DNA of 64,000 nucleotides. It comes from Deltaproteobacteria bacterium (GTDB lineage Bacteria; Desulfobacterota; Binatia; JACPRU01). The number at the start of each line of letters is the position of its first letter. Positions within the stretch are counted from its first letter, which is position 1. Below the pieces are notes generated by a model. That model did not search any database. It was given only the letters and a program-made list of their open reading frames with translations, and was not told the origin of the DNA. The stretch spans positions 260 through 64,259 of the forward strand of contig JACPRU010000065.1 in NCBI GenBank assembly GCA_016189835.1, written 5' to 3'. This document shows positions 23,588 through 34,738 of the stretch, one piece after another. The translations under genes were made by a program, and so were the position numbers.

Positions 23588-25474
23588 ATGGGATTTTCGG
23601 CGCCCTACGGGCTCGTCTCGCTGCTCTTCCTCGTGCTGCTGGTGTTGCTGCATCGGCGCCGCCGTCAGCAGCGCGACCTCGACGTCTCGAGTCTGCTCCT
23701 GTGGCAGGCGGTTCCCGATGAGCCTGCGCGGGACAGGGTGCGGCCCAATCTCCTGCTCGCGGTCCAGCTCGCGTTGCTCGGCGCGCTCGCCCTGTCCGTG
23801 GCTCGTCCGTACTGGGTCGAGCGCGCGGCGTCGGTGACCGGCGGCAGAGCGGTGCTGCTCTTCGATGCCTCGGCGAGCATGCAGACGCTGGAACGAGGCG
23901 AGCGCCGCTTCGACCAGGCCCGGCGACGGGCCGGCGAGGTGCTCGCCGGCCTCGGCGAGGGCGTAGAGGTGATGATGATCGAGGTCGCCGCCCACCCCCG
24001 GGTGGTGGTCGCGTTCACGCGCGACCGCAGCCTGCTCGCCCGCGCCCTCGAGGGACTGGAGCCCGGCGATGGTCCGACTCGGCTGTCGCTCGGCGTGCAG
24101 TTCGCCCACTCCGTCGCCGGCGGCGGCCAGGGGCCTCTGGAGATCGACGTGTTCACCGACCTGCCCCGGCAAGAGCTGGCGTTCTCGCCCGCCGCCGGCG
24201 AGCGGTTGCGGTACTTCCGCTTCGGCCGCAGCGACGACAACGTGGCGCTGGCCGGGCTGCGCGTTCACCAGAACGCGTTTCAGGATGCCGACGAGGCCCG
24301 CGGCTACGCGCTCGTCAAGAACTACGCGCATCGACCGAAGGAGCTCGAGCTGCACGTGGCGCTCGACGCCAAACCGGTGCTCGACGAGACGCTGCACCTC
24401 GCGGCGCGCGAGTCGCGCATGGTGCCGATCGGCCGGCTCGGTCGGCCGGGCAGGCTCGAAGCGCGGCTCGACGTCGCGGACGCGCTGGCGGTGGACAACC
24501 GAGCGATCGCCTTCGTCCGGCCGGCCCGCAAGATCCGGGTCGTGGCCGTGAGCACCAAGCCGGCGGTGGTCGACGACCTGAAAGCGCTGGCACGCGGCGT
24601 CCCCGCGCTCGATCTGCGTCCGGTGGCGCCGACGGAGGTCCGTGGCGAAGATCTGACGCGAGCCGATCTCGTGGTGTTCCACGACTTCGCGCCGCGTATC
24701 GCGCCCGCGGTCAACGCCCTGTACGTCTATCCGCCGGCGTCGAGCGCGCTCTTCCCGTCGAAGCGCGACGTCGTGTCGGCGCAGATCCTCGACTGGAACG
24801 AGTCGGATCCGGTGCTGCTCGACCTTCGCTACCTCGAGGCGCTCGCGCTCGACCGGTCGCGCCTGCTCGACCTTCCACCCTGGGCGCACATGCTGCTCAG
24901 CTCCCGCGCCGAGGGCCGCGAGTTTCCGCTCGCCTTCGGCGGAGAGACCGACGGCCACCGGGTGATCTGCTTCGCCTTCGACCTGGAAGGCCGGTCGCTC
25001 GTGCGCAGCGAGAATCTCAGCCTGCTCTTGCTGGTGTTGAACGCGCTGCGATGGCTGACGCCGCCGGACTCCGGCGCTCCGCTGCAGATCGACGTCGGCG
25101 AGAGCTATCGCGAATCGCTGCGAGAGCCGGTCGCGTTCACGGTGACCGCGCCGGACGGCAGGGCCGAGGCCCGCGCGCCCACCCTGCGCCTGGCGGTGGA
25201 GCCGACGCGCGCGGGAGAATACCGGATCGACGGCGGAGCGATTCATCGCACGATCCTCGCCAACCTGTTCGACGGCGAGGAATCGGACGTCGGCCGCGCG
25301 GACGGGCCCGGTGAAGAGAGCGTCGACGGCGCCGCCGCGCCGCGCCCGATGGTCTCGGCGACGATGCTCCACGAGTTCGGCCGGGCGCTGCTTCTCGCCG
25401 GCTTCCTGCTCGCGCTGGCCGAGTGGGGCTACTGGGGGTGGCTGCAACGCCGCCGGAGGCCGCATGTGGACTGA
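23588..25474 (+). CDS. BatA-like N-terminal plus VWA-domain membrane protein
   Basis: N-terminal double TM with VSSLLLW and LSVARP, FDASASM, VFTD; C-terminal TM with AEW. Confidence 0.88.
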   Translation: MGFSAPYGLVSLLFLVLLVLLHRRRRQQRDLDVSSLLLWQAVPDEPARDRVRPNLLLAVQLALLGALALSVARPYWVERAASVTGGRAVLLFDASASMQTLERGERRFDQARRRAGEVLAGLGEGVEVMMIEVAAHPRVVVAFTRDRSLLARALEGLEPGDGPTRLSLGVQFAHSVAGGGQGPLEIDVFTDLPRQELAFSPAAGERLRYFRFGRSDDNVALAGLRVHQNAFQDADEARGYALVKNYAHRPKELELHVALDAKPVLDETLHLAARESRMVPIGRLGRPGRLEARLDVADALAVDNRAIAFVRPARKIRVVAVSTKPAVVDDLKALARGVPALDLRPVAPTEVRGEDLTRADLVVFHDFAPRIAPAVNALYVYPPASSALFPSKRDVVSAQILDWNESDPVLLDLRYLEALALDRSRLLDLPPWAHMLLSSRAEGREFPLAFGGETDGHRVICFAFDLEGRSLVRSENLSLLLLVLNALRWLTPPDSGAPLQIDVGESYRESLREPVAFTVTAPDGRAEARAPTLRLAVEPTRAGEYRIDGGAIHRTILANLFDGEESDVGRADGPGEESVDGAAAPRPMVSATMLHEFGRALLLAGFLLALAEWGYWGWLQRRRRPHVD

Positions 25475-28121
25475 CCTGCTGTCGGGCGCGGCGGCGCTGG
25501 CGGTCGATGCGCCGTGGCGGCTGTGGCTGCTCGCGCCCGGCTCGGCGGTCGTGGTCGCGGCGGTGTGGCGTGCCGGGGGCGGCCGAGCCGTGTACGCCTC
25601 CGCGGCGCTGCGGCTGGCGGCGGTGGCGCTGCTGGTGTTCGCCGTGGCGGGGCTGTCGCTGCGGACCCGCGAGGAGGCGCAGGACCTGTGCATCGTGCTG
25701 TCGGCCGACGCCTCCTCGAGCGTCGACGGCGGCGCCGAGCGCGTGGCCGGGGAGATCGGGCGCGAGCTGGCGGCGAAGCTGCGGCCCTCGGACCAGCTCG
25801 GCCTGATCGCGTTCGCCCGCCAGGCCGAGGTCGTCGCCTGGCCGTCCGCGCCGCCGCGCCCGCCGAGCGCCGCCGAGGTGAAGCTCGATCGCTCCGCGAC
25901 GCGGCTGGCCTCCGGCATCGAGGCCGCGGTGCCGCTCTGCCCGGAGGGCAGCGAGCGGAAGATCGTGCTCGTGACCGACGGCAACGAGACGCTCGGCGAC
26001 GCCCGACGGGCGGCCGAGCTCGCGCGCCAGACCGACACGCGCGTCTACGCCGTCGCGCTCGGCGCCGGAGGCGACGACGGCCCGTCGCTCGAGAAGTTGA
26101 CCGCGCCTCCGCTGGTGCGCGAGGGGTCGGTATTTCCGGTGCGGGCGCTCGTGCGCAACGGCGGCGCGCAACCCAGGAGCGCGACGATCGAGGTCCTGGT
26201 CGACGGCCAGACCGCCTCGCGAGCGGAGGTGCGCCTCGATCCCGGCATCAACGTCTTCGAGATCCCCTACCAGTTGCACGAGAAGGGCTCCTATCGGCTC
26301 GCCGCGCGGCTCGCCGGCGACGGTGCGTCGCGCGAGCAGCGCAGGGAGATGTCGCTCGCGGTCGCCGGGCCGGTCCGCGCGCTGGTCGTCGGACGCAGCC
26401 GCGACAGCGCGCTCGCCAAGGCGCTGCAGCTCCGCGAGGTGGCGGTCGAGTTCCGCGAGCCGGCGGGCTTCCCGAAGCTCGAGGACCTGCTGCAGTTCCA
26501 CTGCGTGATCTTCGACGACGTCGCGCGCAAGGAGCTTTCCGACGCCGCCCTGGAGGCGCTGGAGTCCTACGTCAAGGACTTCGGAGGCGGATTCCTGATG
26601 ACCGGCGGCGCGCGCAGCTTCGGGGACAAGGGCTACCAGAAGTCCGCGGTCGAGAGGGTCCTGCCGGTCCACCTGATCGAGCAGGAGCAGAAGCCCAAGG
26701 GCCGGCCGCCGATTGGCGTCTTCCTGCTCGTCGATCGATCGAACAGCATGAGCTACAACAGCCGGCGCCACGACATGCGCGACGGCGAGAAGATGAAGTA
26801 CGCGCGCGCCGCCGCGCTGGCCCTGGTCGAGCAGCTGCGGCCCGAGGACCGGATCGGCGTGATCGCCTTCGACTCGGACCCGTACGTGCTCGGTCCGCTG
26901 CGGCCGCTTTCCGAGCAGCGCTCGGTGCTCGAGGACCGCATCTCGCGCCTGGTTCCGGGAGGCGGCACGGACTTCAAGGCGGCGATGGAGATCGCCACCG
27001 CGCAGCTCGTGCAGAGCGGGCTGAAGACGCTGCACGTCATCCTGCTCACCGACGGCGATACCAACCGCGGCGCCGCCGACCACGTCGCGGTGACTCAGGC
27101 GATGGCCCGGCTCGGGATCAGCGTCACCACCGTCCGCATCGGCGACGACGACGTCAACCTGGCCTTCCTCGAGCAGATCTCGCAGGACACAGGCGGCCGC
27201 TTCTACCACGTCGAGGACATCGAGCTGCTGCCGCAGCTGATCGTCAACGACACCCGTCAGGCGCGCGGCGACAAGGGCGAAGGCGTCCCGCCGGTCGAAG
27301 AGAAGCCCGGGGGAGCGCCGCTCGAGGGCCCGCGCCGGCCCGACATCGGCGAGGCCACGGAAGTGGTGCGTGGGCTCTCCGCGCGGGAGCTCCCTGTCGT
27401 ACGCTCCGTGCCGCAGAGCAAGCTGAAGAACGGCGCCGATCTCGTCCTCTACGTCGGCGCCGGGACGCAGAAGCTGCCGCTGCTCGCCACCTGGCAGTAC
27501 GGTCTGGGCCGGGCGGCCGCCTTCCCGCTCGATCCGGCGCAGCCGGATGCCGCAATCTGGTCCGCCTGGCCGGGCTTCGCGAAGCTCTGGTCGCAGCTCG
27601 TTCGCTGGGCGATCCGCGAGGAGGCACCGTGGGAGACGAAGCAGTCGGTGCGCCTGCGCGACGGCACGCCGTTCCTCGAAGTCCAGACCTTCGACGATCT
27701 CGCCGGCGGGATCGACGCGCAGGTGTTCCTCCAGCCGGATCGTCCGCTCGAGGTGGCGCTCACGCCGGTGGCGCCGCGGCTGTTCCGCGCTCCGTTGCCA
27801 CCGCTGCCCGCGGGCCGCTACGCGTTGCTGCTGACGCGGCAGGACGCCGGACACCCGGTGCAGAAGCGGGAGATGCTCACGGTGGACGCGTCGACGATCG
27901 AATCGGCGGACGCCGAGCAGGCGCGCCGGCTCCCCGACCTCGATCTGCTGCGCGAGATCAGCACCGAGACCGGCGGGTCGCTCAACCCGACGAACGACGA
28001 GCTGCTCGCTCGCCACGGCGCGAGCCACGCGAAGCGACATCGCCTCGACGGGATGCTGGTGGTCCTGGCGCTGTCGGCGCTGCTCGCCGACATGGCGCTG
28101 CGCATGCGCGCCGAGCCCTGA
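25464..28121 (+). CDS. Large membrane protein with two VWA domains and glutamine-amidotransferase-like domains
   Basis: DASSSV/VTDGNET and DRSNSM/GGTDF/LTDG; FGGGFLMTGG...SFG..GY; WQYGLGR. Confidence 0.88.
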   Translation: MWTDLLSGAAALAVDAPWRLWLLAPGSAVVVAAVWRAGGGRAVYASAALRLAAVALLVFAVAGLSLRTREEAQDLCIVLSADASSSVDGGAERVAGEIGRELAAKLRPSDQLGLIAFARQAEVVAWPSAPPRPPSAAEVKLDRSATRLASGIEAAVPLCPEGSERKIVLVTDGNETLGDARRAAELARQTDTRVYAVALGAGGDDGPSLEKLTAPPLVREGSVFPVRALVRNGGAQPRSATIEVLVDGQTASRAEVRLDPGINVFEIPYQLHEKGSYRLAARLAGDGASREQRREMSLAVAGPVRALVVGRSRDSALAKALQLREVAVEFREPAGFPKLEDLLQFHCVIFDDVARKELSDAALEALESYVKDFGGGFLMTGGARSFGDKGYQKSAVERVLPVHLIEQEQKPKGRPPIGVFLLVDRSNSMSYNSRRHDMRDGEKMKYARAAALALVEQLRPEDRIGVIAFDSDPYVLGPLRPLSEQRSVLEDRISRLVPGGGTDFKAAMEIATAQLVQSGLKTLHVILLTDGDTNRGAADHVAVTQAMARLGISVTTVRIGDDDVNLAFLEQISQDTGGRFYHVEDIELLPQLIVNDTRQARGDKGEGVPPVEEKPGGAPLEGPRRPDIGEATEVVRGLSARELPVVRSVPQSKLKNGADLVLYVGAGTQKLPLLATWQYGLGRAAAFPLDPAQPDAAIWSAWPGFAKLWSQLVRWAIREEAPWETKQSVRLRDGTPFLEVQTFDDLAGGIDAQVFLQPDRPLEVALTPVAPRLFRAPLPPLPAGRYALLLTRQDAGHPVQKREMLTVDASTIESADAEQARRLPDLDLLREISTETGGSLNPTNDELLARHGASHAKRHRLDGMLVVLALSALLADMALRMRAEP

Positions 28122-28206
28122 AGGAGTCTGCGCGCGCTGGCGTCATCGACACGGGTCGGAGCAGCAGCTACATCTAGCCGGCGAAGCGCGCTCTGCGAGG
28201 TCCACC

Positions 28207-28980
28207 ATGCGAATCGTTCCGGTTCCCGTTCTGCTCGACAACTACGCGTATCTGGTGATCGCCGAATCCGGCGCCGCCGCGGTGGTCGACCCCTCGGAAG
28301 CGGCACCGGTGCTGCGCGCCGTGGAGCGCGAGGGCGCCACCCTGGCGGCCATCTGGAACACCCATCACCACTGGGACCACGTCGGCGGCAACCGCGACTT
28401 ACTGATCGCGCATCCCGACCTGCGAGTGGTTGGATACGCGGGCGACCGCGCGCGCATCCCGGGGATCACCGACCCGGTGGAGGACGGAGCCCAGTTCGAT
28501 TTCGGCGGCGGCATGGTTCGCGTGATCTTCGTCCCCGCGCACACGAGCGGGCACGTCGCCTACCATCTGCCGCTACAAAACGCGGTCTTCACGGGCGATA
28601 CGCTGTTCGCCGGCGGCTGCGGCCGGCTGTTCGAAGGCGACGCGCGCATGATGTCCGACTCGCTCGGCCGACTGACCGCGCTGTCCGCCGACACGCGGGT
28701 GTTCTGCGGCCACGAGTACACCGAGAAGAACCTGCGGTTCGCGCTGACGCTCGAGCCGAGCAACGCCGAGCTCGCCGCGAAGTACCGGCGGGTCGAAGCA
28801 CAGGTGGGGCGTGGCGAGCCGACGGTCCCGACCACCATCGCGGAGGAGCTGGCCACCAACCCATTCCTGCGCCCGAGCAGCGAGGAGCTTCGCCGGGTGG
28901 TGCTGGCGAAGTTTCCTGATTGTCCGGACGATCCGATCGCGGTCTTCGCCAAGACGCGCGAGCTCAAGGATTCATTCTGA
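28207..28980 (+). CDS. gloB: Hydroxyacylglutathione hydrolase (glyoxalase II)
   Basis: THHHWDHVGG, FTGDTLFAGGCGRLFEG, CGHEYT, TNPFLR. Confidence 0.94.
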   Translation: MRIVPVPVLLDNYAYLVIAESGAAAVVDPSEAAPVLRAVEREGATLAAIWNTHHHWDHVGGNRDLLIAHPDLRVVGYAGDRARIPGITDPVEDGAQFDFGGGMVRVIFVPAHTSGHVAYHLPLQNAVFTGDTLFAGGCGRLFEGDARMMSDSLGRLTALSADTRVFCGHEYTEKNLRFALTLEPSNAELAAKYRRVEAQVGRGEPTVPTTIAEELATNPFLRPSSEELRRVVLAKFPDCPDDPIAVFAKTRELKDSF

Positions 28981-28994
28981 TCCAACCGGCGATA

Positions 28995-29072
28995 CAAGCC
29001 GCTGATTTCATTGCGTTACAAATGTTTTGCGGATGGATGCAGTGGCGGGCGTGGCGCGGCTCCATTCTTGCT
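28995..29072 (+). promoter_or_regulatory. Putative sigma-54 promoter with upstream IHF site
   Basis: CGGCTCCATTCTTGCT (GG 29058-59, GC 29070-71, correct -24/-12 spacing); minus-strand AATCAGCGGCTTG (28995-29007) fits WATCARNNNNTTR. Confidence 0.6.
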
Positions 29073-29195
29073 TTACATTGGGCGAGAACACCGCTGTCGA
29101 CGGATCACCGCACCCGTCGGCGTGTGGTTCGGGTTTGATAGCTGTGGCGAAGAGAAGAGCTTTCGTTCTATTATGAATAGCAGGAGGAGTTTGAA

Positions 29196-29486
29196 TTGAA
29201 ACGCATTCCCGGAATCCGGCCTCGCTTCACGCGCTGTACGATCGTGCGTCCTGACGGGAGCGTTCTGGAAGCATGGGAGATGTTCGTCGGAGATCGCTCC
29301 TACGGGCGGTCGAACAGCCGGAGCGCGCTGCTCAAATCGTGGGAAGCCCGCCTGGAGGAAGCCGAGAACGGACGACCTTTCGCATTTCGGCCCATGTACC
29401 GTCGCTCGCATCATCCCGAGCGCGCGGCCACCAAGCGCACCGACGAGAAGACCAATCGCAGCAACGCCAGCCGACGCGGTTCCTGA
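29196..29486 (+). CDS. 96-aa basic hypothetical protein
   Basis: Strong AGGAGG RBS before TTG; fills an otherwise empty intergenic gap. Confidence 0.75.
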   Translation: MKRIPGIRPRFTRCTIVRPDGSVLEAWEMFVGDRSYGRSNSRSALLKSWEARLEEAENGRPFAFRPMYRRSHHPERAATKRTDEKTNRSNASRRGS

Positions 29487-29507
29487 GCGGGCCGTCGAGC
29501 CGCCGCT

Positions 29508-31295
29508 TCAATCGCCGTCGGGCGTCGCGGCGCGCGTCTCGTCGAGCAGCTGGCTGAACTGCTCGACGTCGATGTAGCCGACCCTGCGACGGTGCTCGCG
29601 GCCGCTCGGCGCGAAGAACAACGTGGTCGGCACGCCGAGCACGCCGTACTTCGAGAGCGTCGCCTCGGCCTCTCTCGACATCTCGGTCACGTCGGCGCGC
29701 AGCATGGCGAACTGCGCGGCCCGCGCGGCGACCGGCGCCGAGACGAACGTCGTGCGCTCCATCTCGATGCAGGGCAGGCACCAGTCGGCTCGGAAGTCGA
29801 CGACCGCCGGTCGCCCCTCGCTGCGTGCCTGCTCCAGCGCGGCGGGCGAGAATTCCTGCCAGGAGATCGCCGTCGGCTTCGCTCCGGCGGAGGGCAGGGC
29901 TGCCCACAGCGCGGCGAGCACCGCCGCCGACCCCGCCAGCCGCTTGAACAACGGGAAGTGCCGCAGCTCGCGCCCATGGGGGTCGAGAAAGCCGAGCGTG
30001 ATGCCGGCCAGAGCGATCAGTCCCGCCGCCGTCCACTCGAGCGTCTGCGTCGACAGCAGCGGGCTCACGAAGTAGAGCGCCAGGCCGAGCAGCACGAACC
30101 CGAAGAGCCGTTCGACCCACACCAGCCATTCCCCCGCGCGCGGCAGCCTCGCGATCGACCCGGCGACGGCGCCGAGCAGGACGTACGGCGCACCGAGCCC
30201 GAGCGCCAGCGTGAAGAACAGCCCGAAGCCGAGCAGCGCCTCGCCGCGAGCGCCGACGACGAGCAGCAGCCCGACCACGACCGGACCGACGCAGGGCGCC
30301 GCGACGATGCCCATGGTGAGCCCCATGAACAGCGCACCGACGAAGCCCCCACCGGCCTTTCCCGCTCGTTGCAGCAGCCAGGCGGGCGGCCGCAGCGTGT
30401 AGAGGCCGAAGCTCGAAGCCGCCAGCGCCACCATCAGCGCGGCCATGCCGATCAGCGTCATCGGGCGTTGCAGGGCGCTGCCGAACATCCCGCCCGAGAA
30501 CGCGGCGCTGACCCCGAGCGCGGAGAACGTGAGCGCGATGCCGAGCGCGTAGACGCCCGCCAACAGCACCGCCCGCCCGCGCTGCTCGCGGGCCTGCCCG
30601 CCGAAGTACGCCACCGTCACCGAGATCAACGGATAAACGCAGGGCGTGAGGTTCAGCCCGAGGCCCATGAGGAAGATCAAGAGCAGGGTCGGCGCCAGTC
30701 CGTACTGCGCGAGCCAGCGGTCGACCGGCGTCGGGCTGCCCGCGCCGGCCGCCGAGCTCGAACCGGCCTCGAGGTCGGCGGGGCGCCGCACGAGAAACGT
30801 TCGCTCGACGTCCCTCGGGGGGAGGCACCGAGTGTCGTCGCACGCCTGGTAGTGGAGTCTCGCTGCGAAGCTCGCACCCTGCGAGTCGATGCCGGCCGCG
30901 ACCGACAGCGGTACGCGAAAGCGCACCCGCCCGCTGTACACGCGGATCGCCTTCCCCGCGGTGAACGCGAACCGGCGGCTCTCGGCCGGCGGATACTCGA
31001 TCTCACCGACCGCGAATCCGGCAGGCGGCGTCACGGTGAGCGTCGTCGCGATCATCGCGTCGGAGCTCGGCTGGTGGGCATTGACGTGCCAGCCCTCCGC
31101 GACCTCGGCTTGCAAGACGACCTCCAGGGCACGACGCGAGGGCGAGTAGTTCGCGCTCTCGACCCGCAGCTGGACGATCTCGTCGGGAATCGGCGGGGGT
31201 TCCGCGCCGCCGAGTCCGCTCGGGCCGAGCGCCAGCAGCAGGGCGGCGACGGCGATGAACCGTATCCCGTGCTCTTGTGGAAGATCTCGCTCCAC
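29508..31295 (-). CDS. dsbD: Thiol:disulfide interchange protein DsbD (start approximate)
   Basis: YQACDDTRCLPP, NLTPCVYP, AAPCVGP, LPRAGEW, ADWCLPC. Confidence 0.92.
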   Translation of the reverse strand: MERDLPQEHGIRFIAVAALLLALGPSGLGGAEPPPIPDEIVQLRVESANYSPSRRALEVVLQAEVAEGWHVNAHQPSSDAMIATTLTVTPPAGFAVGEIEYPPAESRRFAFTAGKAIRVYSGRVRFRVPLSVAAGIDSQGASFAARLHYQACDDTRCLPPRDVERTFLVRRPADLEAGSSSAAGAGSPTPVDRWLAQYGLAPTLLLIFLMGLGLNLTPCVYPLISVTVAYFGGQAREQRGRAVLLAGVYALGIALTFSALGVSAAFSGGMFGSALQRPMTLIGMAALMVALAASSFGLYTLRPPAWLLQRAGKAGGGFVGALFMGLTMGIVAAPCVGPVVVGLLLVVGARGEALLGFGLFFTLALGLGAPYVLLGAVAGSIARLPRAGEWLVWVERLFGFVLLGLALYFVSPLLSTQTLEWTAAGLIALAGITLGFLDPHGRELRHFPLFKRLAGSAAVLAALWAALPSAGAKPTAISWQEFSPAALEQARSEGRPAVVDFRADWCLPCIEMERTTFVSAPVAARAAQFAMLRADVTEMSREAEATLSKYGVLGVPTTLFFAPSGREHRRRVGYIDVEQFSQLLDETRAATPDGD

Positions 31296-31354
31296 CGATT
31301 GCCGATCGCAACGCGGGCGCGCTCGCCTGTCAAACAGCGGCGGTTGACGCGAAG

Positions 31355-32536
<1,182 letters not shown>

Positions 32537-32695
32537 GATGACGAGAACGACGTCCCAAGCTATCGAGAGCCTAACGCCGAGTAAAGGCGCCCCTCCCGGC
32601 GTCGGCCGGGCGGCGAATTGGACAAGCCGCTGCGGAGTTTGATAGCCGGGCGTCGGCCGGCGCATGGGGCGCCGCCCGGAATGGAGGAGATTCCG

Positions 32696-33196
32696 ATGGC
32701 GAAGATCACGCTGCGAGGCAATCCCATTCACACCACCGGAGAGCTGCCGGCCGTCGGCAGCCGGGCGCCGGATTTCGTCCTGGTCGACGGCAAGCTGGCG
32801 AACAAGAGCCTGGCGGACTTCGCCGGCAAGAAGAAGCTCTTGAGCATCGTTCCGAGCCTCGACACGCCGGTGTGCGCGCTGTCGACCAAGAAGTTCAACG
32901 AGCACGCCAAGGCGCACCCGGACACGGTGATGCTGATGATCTCCGCCGACCTGCCGTTCGCGCAGGGCCGGTTCTGCTCGGCCGAGGGGACCGCCAACGT
33001 CGTGCCGCTGTCGCTGATGCGCTCCCGCCGGTTCGCCGAGGACTACGGCGTGCTGATCGAGGACGGGCCGCTCGCCGGCGTCACGGCGCGCGCCGTCGTG
33101 GTGCTCGACGCCGACGACAGGGTGCTGCACGCCGAGCTCGTGCCGGAGATCGCCCAGGAGCCGAACTACGACGCCGCGCTGAAGGCGCTGGGGTGA
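32696..33196 (+). CDS. tpx: Thiol peroxidase (atypical 2-Cys)
   Basis: [29 protein letters not shown]. Confidence 0.95.
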   Translation: MAKITLRGNPIHTTGELPAVGSRAPDFVLVDGKLANKSLADFAGKKKLLSIVPSLDTPVCALSTKKFNEHAKAHPDTVMLMISADLPFAQGRFCSAEGTANVVPLSLMRSRRFAEDYGVLIEDGPLAGVTARAVVVLDADDRVLHAELVPEIAQEPNYDAALKALG

Positions 33197-34452
33197 CCGC
33201 CGCGCCGGGAAGCGAGGGGCTCGCCGAGGCGTATGGCGAGATCCGCCGCGTGACCGAGCGGCTGGCGGCGCCGCTGTCGGCGGAGGACTGCGTCGTGCAA
33301 TCGATGCCGGACGCGAGCCCCGTCAAGTGGCACCTGGCGCACACCACCTGGTTCTTCGAGACGTTCGTGGTGAGCGCCGCGCGGCCGGCGGCGCGGCCGT
33401 TCCATCCCCAGTTCCGCGTGCTCTTCAACTCCTACTACAACGCGGTCGGCCCCCAGCACCCTCGCCCCGAGCGCGGGATGCTCTCGCGTCCCGCGCTCTC
33501 CGAGGTCCGAGCGTACCGCGAGCACGTCGACTGCCGCATCGCCGAGCTGTTCGCCGAGGGCGCCGTGGACGAATCGCTGGCGGCGCGCGTCGAGCTCGGC
33601 CTGCACCACGAGCAGCAGCATCAGGAGCTGATCCTCACCGACCTGAAGCACATGCTCTGGTCGAACCCGCTGCGGCCCGCCTACCGCGACGGTCCGCAGC
33701 GGGCGGAGGGCGAGGCGGGCCGGCTGCGCTGGCGGCGGCATGCCGGCGGCGCGGCGTCGATCGGCCACGCGGGCGGCTCGTTCTCGTTCGACAACGAGCG
33801 GCCCCGTCACCGAGTGATGCTCGAACCGTTCGAGATCGCCTCTCGGCCGGTGACGACCGGCGAGTTTCTCGAGTTCATCGAAGACGGCGGGTACGAGCGC
33901 GCGGAGCTCTGGCTGTCCGACGGCTGGGACGCGGCGCGGGCGCAGCGCTGGCGCGCGCCGCTCTACTGGCGGCGCGAGGACGGGGCCTGGCGGATCTTCA
34001 CGCTGTCGGGCGCGCGGGATCTGCGGCGCGACGAGCCGGTCGCTCACGTGAGCTTCTACGAGGCGGACGCGTTCGCCCGCTGGTCGCAAGCGCGGCTGCC
34101 GTCCGAGGCCGAATGGGAGGTCGTGGCGGCGAAGGAGCCCGTCGCGGGGAACCTGCTGGAGAGCGGGCTGCTGCATCCGGCTCCCTCGCCCGCGCCGTCG
34201 AGCGCGCCGCCGGCGCAGCTCTTCGGCGACGTGTGGGAGTGGACGCGGAGCGCTTACGCGGCCTACCCGGGCTTCCGGGCCGCCGCCGGAGCGCTCGGTG
34301 AGTACAACGCGAAGTTCATGTGCAACCAGCTCGTCCTGCGCGGCGGCTCGTGCGTCACGCCGCGCTCGCATCTGCGCGCCACCTACCGCAACTTCTTCCC
34401 GCCGCAGGCGCGCTGGCAGTTCAGCGGGCTGCGCTTGGCACGCGACCCCTGA
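33193..34452 (+). CDS. egtB: Ergothioneine biosynthesis sulfoxide synthase
   Basis: [50 protein letters not shown]. Confidence 0.93.
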   Translation: MTAAPGSEGLAEAYGEIRRVTERLAAPLSAEDCVVQSMPDASPVKWHLAHTTWFFETFVVSAARPAARPFHPQFRVLFNSYYNAVGPQHPRPERGMLSRPALSEVRAYREHVDCRIAELFAEGAVDESLAARVELGLHHEQQHQELILTDLKHMLWSNPLRPAYRDGPQRAEGEAGRLRWRRHAGGAASIGHAGGSFSFDNERPRHRVMLEPFEIASRPVTTGEFLEFIEDGGYERAELWLSDGWDAARAQRWRAPLYWRREDGAWRIFTLSGARDLRRDEPVAHVSFYEADAFARWSQARLPSEAEWEVVAAKEPVAGNLLESGLLHPAPSPAPSSAPPAQLFGDVWEWTRSAYAAYPGFRAAAGALGEYNAKFMCNQLVLRGGSCVTPRSHLRATYRNFFPPQARWQFSGLRLARDP

Positions 34453-34470
34453 GGGCGCGCGGCGGCTGCG

Positions 34471-34734
34471 GTGCGGTTGACGGTCCAGGTCGCGCCCGGC
34501 GCGCGGCGCGATCGCATCGTCGGCTGGCTCGACGACGCGCTGAAGGTGGCGGTCCAGGCTCCACCCGAGCGCGGCCGGGCCAACGAGGCGGTCGCCGCGC
34601 TGCTCGGCGAAGCGCTCGGCGTGGAGGTGAGACTGCTGCGGGGACGCTCCTCCCGGCGCAAGCTGTTCGAGATCGTCGGCCTCGACGGCGCCGCGGTGCG
34701 CGCGCGGATCGCCGCCCGCGTGGCGCGCCCGTAG
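34471..34734 (+). CDS. DUF167 (YggU-like) protein
   Basis: LKVAVQAPPERGRANEA...GRSSRRK. Confidence 0.9.
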   Translation: MRLTVQVAPGARRDRIVGWLDDALKVAVQAPPERGRANEAVAALLGEALGVEVRLLRGRSSRRKLFEIVGLDGAAVRARIAARVARP

Positions 34735-34738
34735 CGGG

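Noticed and set aside
32537-32695. FMN riboswitch upstream of ribB
   Set aside because: Only GC-rich hairpins and a short GGCGTCGGCCGG repeat; the conserved RFN motifs are absent.
33193-34452. Selenoneine synthase SenA, given the nearby selenoprotein
   Set aside because: Motifs are typical of EgtB and no senB/senC neighbours are present.
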